DNA from: a virus
DNA: 41,200 nt
Direction: 5' to 3' (one strand)
IMG/VR virus record: IMGVR_UViG_3300045598_000011
The first letter of the stretch is position 1, and every line of letters begins with the position of its first letter. Under the pieces are notes generated by a model. It was not told the origin of the DNA. It did no database searches and worked only from the letters and a program-made list of their open reading frames with translations. This document shows positions 1 through 6,484 of this stretch, one piece after another. Both the position numbers and the translations under genes were made by a program.

Positions 1-127
1 TTCTGTGATAAAAAGTGTAATAGCACCTAGAAACGTTGATATAACAGCATTCTTTCATTCTTGGTGCAATATTGGTGCAATGACAGCTATAATTGGGCTA
101 ATTTCCGTTCGATTTCATCGTCCAGTT
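1..127. repeat. Terminal direct repeat, copy 1; identical to 41074-41200 and marks circular closure of a 41,073-bp unit
   Basis: Read directly: the same 127 nt (ttctgtgataaaaagtgtaatagcacc...gatttcatcgtccagtt) occurs at both window ends. Confidence 0.95.
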
Positions 128-1181
128 TATGCTTGTACTCGTCTATTAGATAAGCATAGATGTTGCTGGTCGTTGTCATGTTGGAGTGCCCTAGTCGTTT
201 GCTGATTGCGTAAATATCGATTCCTTGACTAAGCAAATAAGCCACATGAGAATGTCGGAGTGAATGGAACGTGTAGTTGCGTTTGATGATTCCGGCTTTT
301 TTCATTGTCTTTTTTAAGTAGTCGTTCACGTCTGGTGAAATGTTGAAGCTGAAAGATTGCGGGGTCTTGAAGAAAACTAACGGGGTCTTGTTGACTTTCA
401 ATTGTGATAGTATGCGTAACAATTCATCATTAACCCGTATCGTTCGTTTTGAACTCTCGTTCTTAGTAGGCTTAAATCCAGTCATATAATGGTAGTCGAT
501 TGATTTATTAATGCTGATCATGCGGTGCAGGTAGTCAATATCCTTCCATGTCAGCGCTAGGATTTCCGAAAATCTGGCACCGGTATAAATTGCCGTTAAG
601 ATGATGTAAGGCTTGATATTATCCGGTTGTAAATCAGCGTTTAAAGCCTGTATCAGCCGTTTTAACTCGTTAATTGATAGATATTCCGGATTACGGGTTA
701 AAGCCTTGTCATGGACGATATTTGCGTTGTAAGTAAAGTCTTTCGATATAATGCCATCTGCAATTGCTGACTTAACGCATGATTTTATCTTTGATGTTAA
801 ATCTCTCATTGTACCAAGCGAATGATTTTTGCCGTAATCATTTAAAAATGCTTGATACGTGCTGCGCTTAATCTGTTTGATTCGCATAGTGCCAAAATGA
901 TCAACTAAGACACGATAGGCAAAAACGTACCCGCTTGCCGTTGCCTTTGATATTTTTGGCAGTCGATAGGTTTCGTACCACGTTTTAAAATAATCTGCAA
1001 AGGCGGGGTTAATTGATATATCAATCCCGTTTAACAGTTCATTTTCTAGCTTAGTCGCATAGTCCCGTGCTTGCGCTTTGGTGGCAAAACCAGACTTTGC
1101 TTTCTGGTGAAGTTTTCCATTTTCATCATGCCAGCTGATTCTGGCTTGCCATTTTCCGTTTCGTTTCGTAAAAGAAGCCAT
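87..1181 (-). CDS. int: Tyrosine-type site-specific integrase
   Basis: 364 aa. Catalytic signature is GARFSEILAL (Arg), HSLRHSH (His-x-x-Arg) and LGHSNMTTTSNIYAY (His...Tyr). RBS is AAAGGA. It is the first gene of the minus-strand lysogeny block, next to attP-like repeats. Confidence 0.93.
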   Translation of the reverse strand: MASFTKRNGKWQARISWHDENGKLHQKAKSGFATKAQARDYATKLENELLNGIDISINPAFADYFKTWYETYRLPKISKATASGYVFAYRVLVDHFGTMRIKQIKRSTYQAFLNDYGKNHSLGTMRDLTSKIKSCVKSAIADGIISKDFTYNANIVHDKALTRNPEYLSINELKRLIQALNADLQPDNIKPYIILTAIYTGARFSEILALTWKDIDYLHRMISINKSIDYHYMTGFKPTKNESSKRTIRVNDELLRILSQLKVNKTPLVFFKTPQSFSFNISPDVNDYLKKTMKKAGIIKRNYTFHSLRHSHVAYLLSQGIDIYAISKRLGHSNMTTTSNIYAYLIDEYKHKLDDEIERKLAQL

Positions 1182-1225
1182 AGTCTAATCCTTTCGTACA
1201 TATGTTCGATTTAAGTCTATTTTTA

Positions 1226-1250
1226 AACCCTAGTCATTACGGCTAGGGTT
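1226..1250. terminator. Hairpin AACCCTAG-N9-CTAGGGTT; part of a 40-bp module duplicated at 2364-2404
   Basis: Inverted repeat read directly, with A/T runs on both sides. It lies between the MazF-like gene region and the int RBS. Confidence 0.6.
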
Positions 1251-1260
1251 ATTTTGTATA

Positions 1261-1295
1261 ATAAAAAACGTCATTAGCTGTACAACTAATGACGT
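1261..1295 (-). terminator. Intrinsic terminator (10-bp stem plus T-run on the minus strand) ending the MazF-like gene 3' UTR
   Basis: ACGTCATTAG (1268-1277) pairs with CTAATGACGT (1286-1295). The minus-strand RNA continues with UUUUUAU. Confidence 0.75.
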
Positions 1296-1448
1296 CAAGG
1301 GCTCATAGGCCCACGTAAATAAAGAAGAGAAAGTTGATTTAAAAAGCAAACAACTCTTTCTTCGTTCCTTAATCGGAACAATAATATAAAGACCATTCGG
1401 TCAGCAGTCGCTCCTGCTAATGGCTATATTATTAAGCAATTATCTTCT

Positions 1449-2342
1449 TTAGTCAATAGTTTTAAATATTTTTTCTTTGATTTTTAATAGTTTGTCATCT
1501 GAAATCATTACATTCCCAGTTATGGAATATTTAGAGAACTTAGCAACTCTTAGCTTGCTAATAGATCTAATAGCATTTGTGTTTGCATATGATTCTTTGT
1601 TGTACTTCTCGATCTTTTTTAGAAGTTTTTCTGTTTCATTAACTTCGCTTCGAAGTTGGTTGAGTTCATTTATAACTTGTTGATGAAAAGAAAGCGTGGT
1701 ATCCATGTAGGATACATACGCAAAAATATTTTTGTGTTGTTCCCAAGAATCGGTGCTTTTAATTTTGTTTATATAGCTAATTTCATGATTTTCTGCACTA
1801 ACTATATCTGAAAAAGTATTTATGTCTGGCATTTTAGGCGGTTGGAGCTGATTATTGCTTAAAAAATTAAATTCTTCATCAGTAAGTTTGATTTTAGGGA
1901 ACGTGTTTGTTTTGGCGAAGGCTTCGAGTCTTTTCTGAAGACTATTGATTTTATTATTGCATTCTTCATTCCTAATAGTAAACAGTTTTTGCACGCCCTG
2001 TAGTAATTCGTATCCAAGTTTAGTGTAACCCTTATGAAATTTTGATGATAAAGGAACTACGATAATATCACGCTTATATTTAGTGTCATTTTTGGATAGA
2101 ACAATAGCAAAATGCATTCCAGCCATTTCAGAGCCAACAGTTACACCATAGTTAACCATCACAATAGTTCCTTGCTTAAATTTACGATAGTATTTAGGAA
2201 GGCCATTATTTAATTCTTGTTGTAAAGTAGTACCGTAAAAATCTATCCAATCAGGCAATCGTTGTAATTTCCAGTTTTTATTATCGCTGTAATAAACATT
2301 GTTGAAGGTTGCAATTTTTTTACGCTTTGCTTCGTTTTTCAT
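1449..2342 (-). CDS. MazF/PemK-like endoribonuclease-fold protein interrupted by a ~150-aa helical insertion; no adjacent antitoxin gene
   Basis: Residues ~55-112 (FKQGTIVMVNYGVTVGSEMAGMHFAIVLSKND..IIVVPLSSK) resemble the MazF N-terminal strands. Residues ~262-297 (AIRSISKLRVAKFSKYSITGNVMISDDKLLKIKEKI) resemble the MazF C-terminal 'QIRTIDKxRL...' segment. RBS is GGAGGA. Confidence 0.7.
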   Translation of the reverse strand: MKNEAKRKKIATFNNVYYSDNKNWKLQRLPDWIDFYGTTLQQELNNGLPKYYRKFKQGTIVMVNYGVTVGSEMAGMHFAIVLSKNDTKYKRDIIVVPLSSKFHKGYTKLGYELLQGVQKLFTIRNEECNNKINSLQKRLEAFAKTNTFPKIKLTDEEFNFLSNNQLQPPKMPDINTFSDIVSAENHEISYINKIKSTDSWEQHKNIFAYVSYMDTTLSFHQQVINELNQLRSEVNETEKLLKKIEKYNKESYANTNAIRSISKLRVAKFSKYSITGNVMISDDKLLKIKEKIFKTID

Positions 2343-2371
2343 ATATAATCCTCCAAATTAAGCTTATTTTT

Positions 2372-2394
2372 AAACCCTAGCTGTTACGGCTAGG
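2372..2394. terminator. Hairpin ACCCTAGC-tgttacg-GCTAGGGT downstream of 2404-3195 and ~30 nt upstream of the MazF-like gene start
   Basis: 8-bp stem read directly, flanked by TTTTTAA and ATTTTTG. Near-identical to the module at 1218-1258. Confidence 0.65.
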
Positions 2395-2403
2395 GTATTT
2401 TTG

Positions 2404-3195
2404 TTATTTAGTCCACTTAAACTCTTTTGGTGAAAATACTTTTGAATGCCCGATAACTTCATTACCGCTGTAAACAGTAGTGTGAACCCCTTGGGTTGAT
2501 TCGCTATCACTGATTTTTCCTTCTGTAAGTAAGGTTGCAGTTGCTGCGCTTTGCGCTGATTGTGCGATGGTTGTAAGCTGCGATTCGGTGAGATTGTCAG
2601 CGTCATAGATGTATACTTCAATGCCATTATCTTTCCATAAGATTTTTTGAACGTGCGTAGCCCAATTGAATTGTGGGAATTTTTCGCCATTTTGAACAGG
2701 ATTGCCGTCTTTATCAAGCGTGCCATTAGCCCACCCTTGATCTTCAGTTAATGATTTCATTAACTTATCATTAATCGAATCTGATTTTTTCTTGCTGCTA
2801 GATGTTTTGGTTGAGCTTTCTTTTTTGCTGCTTGATGTTTTAGCTGAACTTTCTTTCTTGCTGCTTGATTTAGCTTTTGAACTTGATTGAGCGCTTGAAG
2901 AACTAGCGCTTGATGTTTTAGTTGAACTTTCTTCCTTACTGCTTGATTTAGTTTTTGAACTTTCTTTCGCACTACTCGATTTAGTTTTTGAACTTGATTG
3001 AGTGCTTGAAGAACTTGCTGCTTTCTTATCTGCTGGTGTCGGTCCTTGAATGCCAGCTGATACAAAACCAAGCGCTAAAATTGACCACAGAACCATTCGA
3101 ACGTATTTCTTTTTATGATAGTCTGGCAAAACAAGTTTCCAAACGATGAGAGCTGCTAAAACAATTGATACTAAAAGAAAGCCTACTTTTTCCAT
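2404..3195 (-). CDS. Membrane-anchored protein with a Ser/Lys-rich repeat linker and a C-terminal globular domain; candidate superinfection-exclusion or surface protein
   Basis: Two N-terminal hydrophobic helices (VGFLLVSIVLAALIVWKL, MVLWSILALGFVSAG) are followed by ~110 aa of SSSKxKSSSKKESSxKTSS repeats. The int-repressor position is typical for sie-type genes. ATG at 3195 is preferred; the TTG at 3210 in the ORF track is an alternative. Confidence 0.7.
   Translation of the reverse strand: MEKVGFLLVSIVLAALIVWKLVLPDYHKKKYVRMVLWSILALGFVSAGIQGPTPADKKAASSSSTQSSSKTKSSSAKESSKTKSSSKEESSTKTSSASSSSAQSSSKAKSSSKKESSAKTSSSKKESSTKTSSSKKKSDSINDKLMKSLTEDQGWANGTLDKDGNPVQNGEKFPQFNWATHVQKILWKDNGIEVYIYDADNLTESQLTTIAQSAQSAATATLLTEGKISDSESTQGVHTTVYSGNEVIGHSKVFSPKEFKWTK
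2770..3010. repeat. Imperfect tandem repeats (~33-36 nt) encoding the Ser/Lys-rich linker
   Basis: Units such as cttgctgct(t/a)gatgttttagctgaactttc recur about seven times, read directly. Confidence 0.8.
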
Positions 3196-3210
3196 ATTAT
3201 CCAACCCCAA

Positions 3211-3609
3211 TTATTTGTAATTTTTAATCGTTTCTTTAACAAACGATTCATAGTCCGATGATATATCGTTAAGCTGCATGAAATCTATATAGTTGATATT
3301 TTCTGGTTCAATCCCGGTATGTTTGATATAGTCGTCTACTAACTCATGGACAACGCAACGGTTTATTTCACTTTCCATTTTTAATCGAGCCGAAATAGTA
3401 GCGTTGTAAAGCGCTGTTTGGCCTGACTGCTTGGCGATATGTTCTAACTCGTGGATAAGCGTTACTTTCTGCACTCGCGCTGGGTAGCGGTTAGAGATGA
3501 ACACAAACTTTAACTGCTTGTCTGCGCTGATCGTTGCATAGCCAGGCTTTTCCATATCTATATAGTGCACGCTGATATTTAGTTGTTTGACAATGTTGCG
3601 AACGTCCAT
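3211..3609 (-). CDS. ImmA/IrrE-family zinc metalloprotease (repressor-cleaving partner)
   Basis: 132 aa with HEXXH (LIHELEHIAK). It is translationally coupled directly downstream of the XRE/cI-like repressor, the canonical ImmR-ImmA arrangement. Confidence 0.8.
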   Translation of the reverse strand: MDVRNIVKQLNISVHYIDMEKPGYATISADKQLKFVFISNRYPARVQKVTLIHELEHIAKQSGQTALYNATISARLKMESEINRCVVHELVDDYIKHTGIEPENINYIDFMQLNDISSDYESFVKETIKNYK

Positions 3610-3611
3610 AT

Positions 3612-3944
3612 CTAGTCCCGATTGTCTAAGTACGCCTTAATAATACTTTCCATTAGTTTCCTATCATGTTCAGTTGGTTCTTTGCCGTCCGCTGACATGA
3701 TAGTATCCATTGCTTGCTGAATTGTGATTTTATTTTTGGGTTGTTTATGGCCCAGCAAATAATCGGTCGTTACATTAAACAAATCCGCTAAACGTGAAAC
3801 ATTCTCAAAATCCGGTTCAGTGCGTCCGTATTCCCAATTGGCGTAAGTCTGCATGCTAGATAGACCAATAGTTTTAGCTACATAAGTTTTAGACCAGCCT
3901 TTGCCTTCACGAAGGTTAGTTAAACGTTCACTGAATTTTGACAT
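3612..3944 (-). CDS. cI-like XRE-family HTH repressor
   Basis: HTH is WSKTYVAKTIGLSSMQTYANWEYGRTEP. Start trimmed to ATG 3944 (MSKFSERL...), which has an AGGTGG RBS 8 nt upstream. Divergent from the cro-like gene. Confidence 0.88.
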   Translation of the reverse strand: MSKFSERLTNLREGKGWSKTYVAKTIGLSSMQTYANWEYGRTEPDFENVSRLADLFNVTTDYLLGHKQPKNKITIQQAMDTIMSADGKEPTEHDRKLMESIIKAYLDNRD

Positions 3945-3969
3945 TGTAATCACCACCTATTTTATTTTT

Positions 3970-3998
3970 ATAATACACGATTTAAATACATTTTTGAA
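3970..3998 (-). promoter_or_regulatory. Candidate leftward (repressor) promoter
   Basis: On the minus strand: TTCAAA (3998-3993), 17-nt spacer, TATTAT (3975-3970), with TG just upstream. Confidence 0.5.
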
Positions 3999-4027
3999 AA
4001 AAATATATAAATAATTTAACTTTGGTA

Positions 4028-4056
4028 TTGACTTAGCTATTTTGTTTAGTTATTAT
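4028..4056 (+). promoter_or_regulatory. Candidate rightward early (lytic) promoter
   Basis: TTGACT (4028-4033), 17-nt spacer, TATTAT (4051-4056). An inverted heptamer TTGTTTA (4042-4048) / TAAACAA (4071-4077) nearby could be operator half-sites. Confidence 0.6.
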
Positions 4057-4097
4057 TAATATCGTTAAGTTAAACAAAACAGCGAGGAGGTGATCGA

Positions 4098-4313
4098 ATG
4101 CCAGAAATCATTCGGCACAACGCCGGTGATATTTTGAACCAAGAAATCAAAAAACGCGGTTTGAAACAAGGCTATGTAGCTGAACAAATTGGCATTACAC
4201 CGGCTTATTTAAGTCAAATTGTTAATGGCAGTCGGAAGATGTCAACCGATATTGCAGTGCGGGCAAGCATTGCGTTAGGTGTTTCGTTGGATATTTTTTT
4301 AAAACAAAGTTAG
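4098..4313 (+). CDS. Cro-like XRE-family HTH regulator
   Basis: 71 aa, HTH is LKQGYVAEQIGITPAYLSQIVNGSRKMS. Strong RBS GAGGAGGTGA. First gene of the rightward operon. Confidence 0.85.
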   Translation: MPEIIRHNAGDILNQEIKKRGLKQGYVAEQIGITPAYLSQIVNGSRKMSTDIAVRASIALGVSLDIFLKQS

Positions 4314-4341
4314 CTAAAATAGCTAGAAAGCGAGTGTTTTT

Positions 4342-5079
4342 ATGGAAACTTTCAATACTGAATCAATCATTGAAAATGCTGCGAACGTAAAGATGTTCTC
4401 GTATGGCGATATCGAATTGCCGGTAAAGATGAACGATAACGGTTCAATTGAATTTGATGCTGAAAAAGCTGCAATCGGGTTCGGGTTGTTTGAGGTTAAG
4501 AATGGTAAAAAGTACGTAATTTGGAAGCGGGTTAATAAATATCTTTCGACAGAAGTGTCGAAAGGTGATTTCATCAGCGAATCGCAATTCTATAAGTTAG
4601 CGATCAAAGCTAACAACCAAGCTGCTGAGAAATTCCAGGATTGGGTTACCGAAGAAGTTTTGCCAAATATTCGCAAGCACGGTTTTTATCAAATCAAACC
4701 GTTGAATACTCAACAACAAATCAGATTGCTTGCGCAAGGAACAAGTGAGCTTAACGAACGACTTGAAAACATCGAGCAGCGAATGGGGTTGCCTGGAAAC
4801 ATGGCTCATGAGTTCACACAACGCCGAAACAAGAAAATCATTCAAGTTCTAGGCGGTAAAGATTCCAATGCTTATCAAGATAAGCAATTGCGAAGTCGGA
4901 CATATCGAGCGATGTTCGCTGCTTATAAGAATGTATTCATGCAGGACCGTTACAACGATGTTCCGCTGAAACGATTTGATGAAGTAGTTAAGTTCGTTGG
5001 CAACTGGTTCCCACCATATGAATTGCAATCAGAGATTCAAGCAACTAACGCACAAGGCAATTTATTCAAAGGAGCATAA
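4342..5079 (+). CDS. Phage antirepressor (Bro-N domain plus Ant/KilAC-like C-terminus)
   Basis: Bro-N hallmark AEKFQDWVTEEVLPNIRKHGFY. Position is immediately after cro. Confidence 0.8.
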   Translation: METFNTESIIENAANVKMFSYGDIELPVKMNDNGSIEFDAEKAAIGFGLFEVKNGKKYVIWKRVNKYLSTEVSKGDFISESQFYKLAIKANNQAAEKFQDWVTEEVLPNIRKHGFYQIKPLNTQQQIRLLAQGTSELNERLENIEQRMGLPGNMAHEFTQRRNKKIIQVLGGKDSNAYQDKQLRSRTYRAMFAAYKNVFMQDRYNDVPLKRFDEVVKFVGNWFPPYELQSEIQATNAQGNLFKGA

Positions 5080-5084
5080 AAGCA

Positions 5085-5276
5085 ATGTACGAACCAGATA
5101 ACTTGCGTGAAGCACTCAAAACGCTGATTGAATACAACACTTCGGAATGGACAACCATTCGTGATGGCAATGGTAAGGAACGCGAAGCACGGATTGAGGA
5201 CCTGCAAGACTTTAATCTTGAAGTGCTCTATGCGATGTGCGATTTGCTTGGTATGGACGACCTAATCATGCAATAG
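5085..5276 (+). CDS. Hypothetical small acidic protein
   Basis: 63 aa ORF with RBS AAAGGAG. Confidence 0.6.
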   Translation: MYEPDNLREALKTLIEYNTSEWTTIRDGNGKEREARIEDLQDFNLEVLYAMCDLLGMDDLIMQ

Positions 5277-5286
5277 GAGGCTAAAG

Positions 5287-5469
5287 ATGAAATTAGCAGA
5301 CGGGCTAAAAGCGATTATTGCGGAACAAAAAAAGACTAATCAACTGTTGCAGCAGTTAATCAGTCTTGAAAACAGCGACATCAAATTAGATGCAACTAAG
5401 TTGATTGATCACTTATCGGAATCAACTAGCAAATCGGACAAGACATTGCGAACAAAACGTTGGCAGTAG
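5287..5469 (+). CDS. Hypothetical protein
   Basis: 60 aa ORF with RBS TAGGAGG. Its 3' end overlaps the convergent gene 5409-5630 by 61 nt. Confidence 0.55.
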   Translation: MKLADGLKAIIAEQKKTNQLLQQLISLENSDIKLDATKLIDHLSESTSKSDKTLRTKRWQ

Positions 5470-5630
5470 TCAGCTGATTGTTTCTGCATGAAATCCATTG
5501 CGCTGTGAATATCGATAGAACCATTTGTCAAATATGGAGCAATTCGCTTTTCAAAATTTTCTTTGTTCCAATATTCACTTGATTCTTGAATGTTTTTATC
5601 GATTATAGCGTCAATATCTTTTTGGTTCAT
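5409..5630 (-). CDS. Hypothetical acidic protein on the opposite strand inside the early operon
   Basis: Start trimmed to MNQKDIDAII, with RBS GAAGGTG 6 nt upstream. It has its own extended -10 promoter. Confidence 0.6.
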   Translation of the reverse strand: MNQKDIDAIIDKNIQESSEYWNKENFEKRIAPYLTNGSIDIHSAMDFMQKQSADYCQRFVRNVLSDLLVDSDK

Positions 5631-5662
5631 AGGTTCACCTTCTTTCATTAGGAGATGAACTA

Positions 5663-5671
5663 ATTATATCA
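5663..5671 (-). promoter_or_regulatory. Extended -10 promoter (TGATATAAT on the minus strand) for 5409-5630
   Basis: The reverse complement of attatatca reads TGATATAAT, about 30 nt upstream of the RBS. Confidence 0.55.
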
Positions 5672-5697
5672 ATCTTGCGTTTATAGGAGGTGATCAA

Positions 5698-6009
5698 ATG
5701 GAAATCGAAATTGATGATTGGATTCTTGATGATTCTGTCGAGAAATCGATGAAGAAACTGGGCTTAGTCCCCGAAGAAACGTTGAAGGGTAAAACCTGGA
5801 ACGTTGAAGAGTTCCGCCACAATTGCTTAGGCGGTAAAAGCCGAGCATGGGTCAAGCGAGAAATCTTTGATCGCTATCCAGAAACGGATATCAAGAACGG
5901 CGGGTTCGTCGTTGACCCATTTCCAGGCACTGGACGTAGCACAATTATCTACGCCTACGATGCCAGCCTTTGGGTCAACGAACACTATCGCGAGTTTAAC
6001 TGGGGGTGA
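5698..6009 (+). CDS. DUF771-like phage protein
   Basis: 103 aa, RBS TAGGAGGTGA. The pattern KTWNVEEF...RAWVKREIF...NGGFVVDPFPG...IYAYDASLWVNEHY resembles DUF771 proteins of Gram-positive phages as I recall them. Confidence 0.55.
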   Translation: MEIEIDDWILDDSVEKSMKKLGLVPEETLKGKTWNVEEFRHNCLGGKSRAWVKREIFDRYPETDIKNGGFVVDPFPGTGRSTIIYAYDASLWVNEHYREFNWG

Positions 6010-6013
6010 ACAA

Positions 6014-6148
6014 ATGACAGTAGCAGTTGTTTTGTTAGGGCTGCTTGTAATGGTTCTATTCATTGGACTAGTAGACCTAACAAACAAGGTTGATAGGCTT
6101 GAACGTCAAGCAGGACTGAAACGAGGTGCAAAACATGGGAACAATTAA
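6014..6148 (+). CDS. Small membrane protein (44 aa)
   Basis: MTVAVVLLGLLVMVLFIGLV... is one TM helix plus a basic tail. GGGGG lies upstream of the ATG. The longer ORF-track start (5867) overlaps the previous gene. Confidence 0.5.
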   Translation: MTVAVVLLGLLVMVLFIGLVDLTNKVDRLERQAGLKRGAKHGNN

Positions 6149-6305
6149 AGCTGCGGTCTGGTCATTGTTAAGTGGCGGATTCATGTACTTTTACATGACC
6201 AATCACTTTATCAAAGCAAACTGGATTGCGATTATTTGGATTGCCATGTTTGCATGGCAGATCACTGTATCGACAACTAAAAAAGGCACTACCGATCGCC
6301 GGTAA
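6135..6305 (+). CDS. Small membrane protein (56 aa); below the ORF-track cutoff
   Basis: MGTIKAAVWSLLSGGFMYFYMTN..WIAIIWIAMFAWQI gives two hydrophobic segments. RBS GAGGTG is 7 nt upstream. Confidence 0.5.
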   Translation: MGTIKAAVWSLLSGGFMYFYMTNHFIKANWIAIIWIAMFAWQITVSTTKKGTTDRR

Positions 6306-6341
6306 TGCCAATGAAAAATTAACTAACAAGGAAATTCTAAC

Positions 6342-6470
6342 ATGAAAGAAACGTATACGAAAGCCGATTTAGTCAAAGCTTGGCAGTCAGGCTATGAAGA
6401 AGGATACCAAGACGCACTAATTGACAACTATCTGGAAGTCGAACCGGAAGATGAACCAAAGCACGATTAG
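6342..6470 (+). CDS. Hypothetical small acidic protein (42 aa)
   Basis: MKETYTKADLVKAWQSGYEEGYQDALIDNYLEVEPEDEPKHD with RBS AAGGAA. It fills an otherwise empty gap. Confidence 0.4.
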   Translation: MKETYTKADLVKAWQSGYEEGYQDALIDNYLEVEPEDEPKHD

Positions 6471-6484
6471 AAAGGAATTGAAAC

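Noticed and set aside
5-205. Plus-strand ORF (66 aa) at the window start
   Set aside because: It overlaps the integrase 3' end antisense and the attP-like repeats, has no RBS, and is Cys/Trp-rich and atypical.
2770-3010. Tandem repeats considered as a CRISPR array or non-coding satellite
   Set aside because: The units are contiguous with no unique spacers, are degenerate, and sit in frame inside a coding sequence where they encode the Ser/Lys linker.
2370-3071. Alternative-frame minus ORFs (2370-2726 and 2760-3071) overlapping the Ser/Lys-repeat gene
   Set aside because: These are same-strand out-of-frame readings of a repeat-rich gene. The 2760-3071 product is a low-complexity K/Q/V translation of the same repeats. 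There are no independent start signals.
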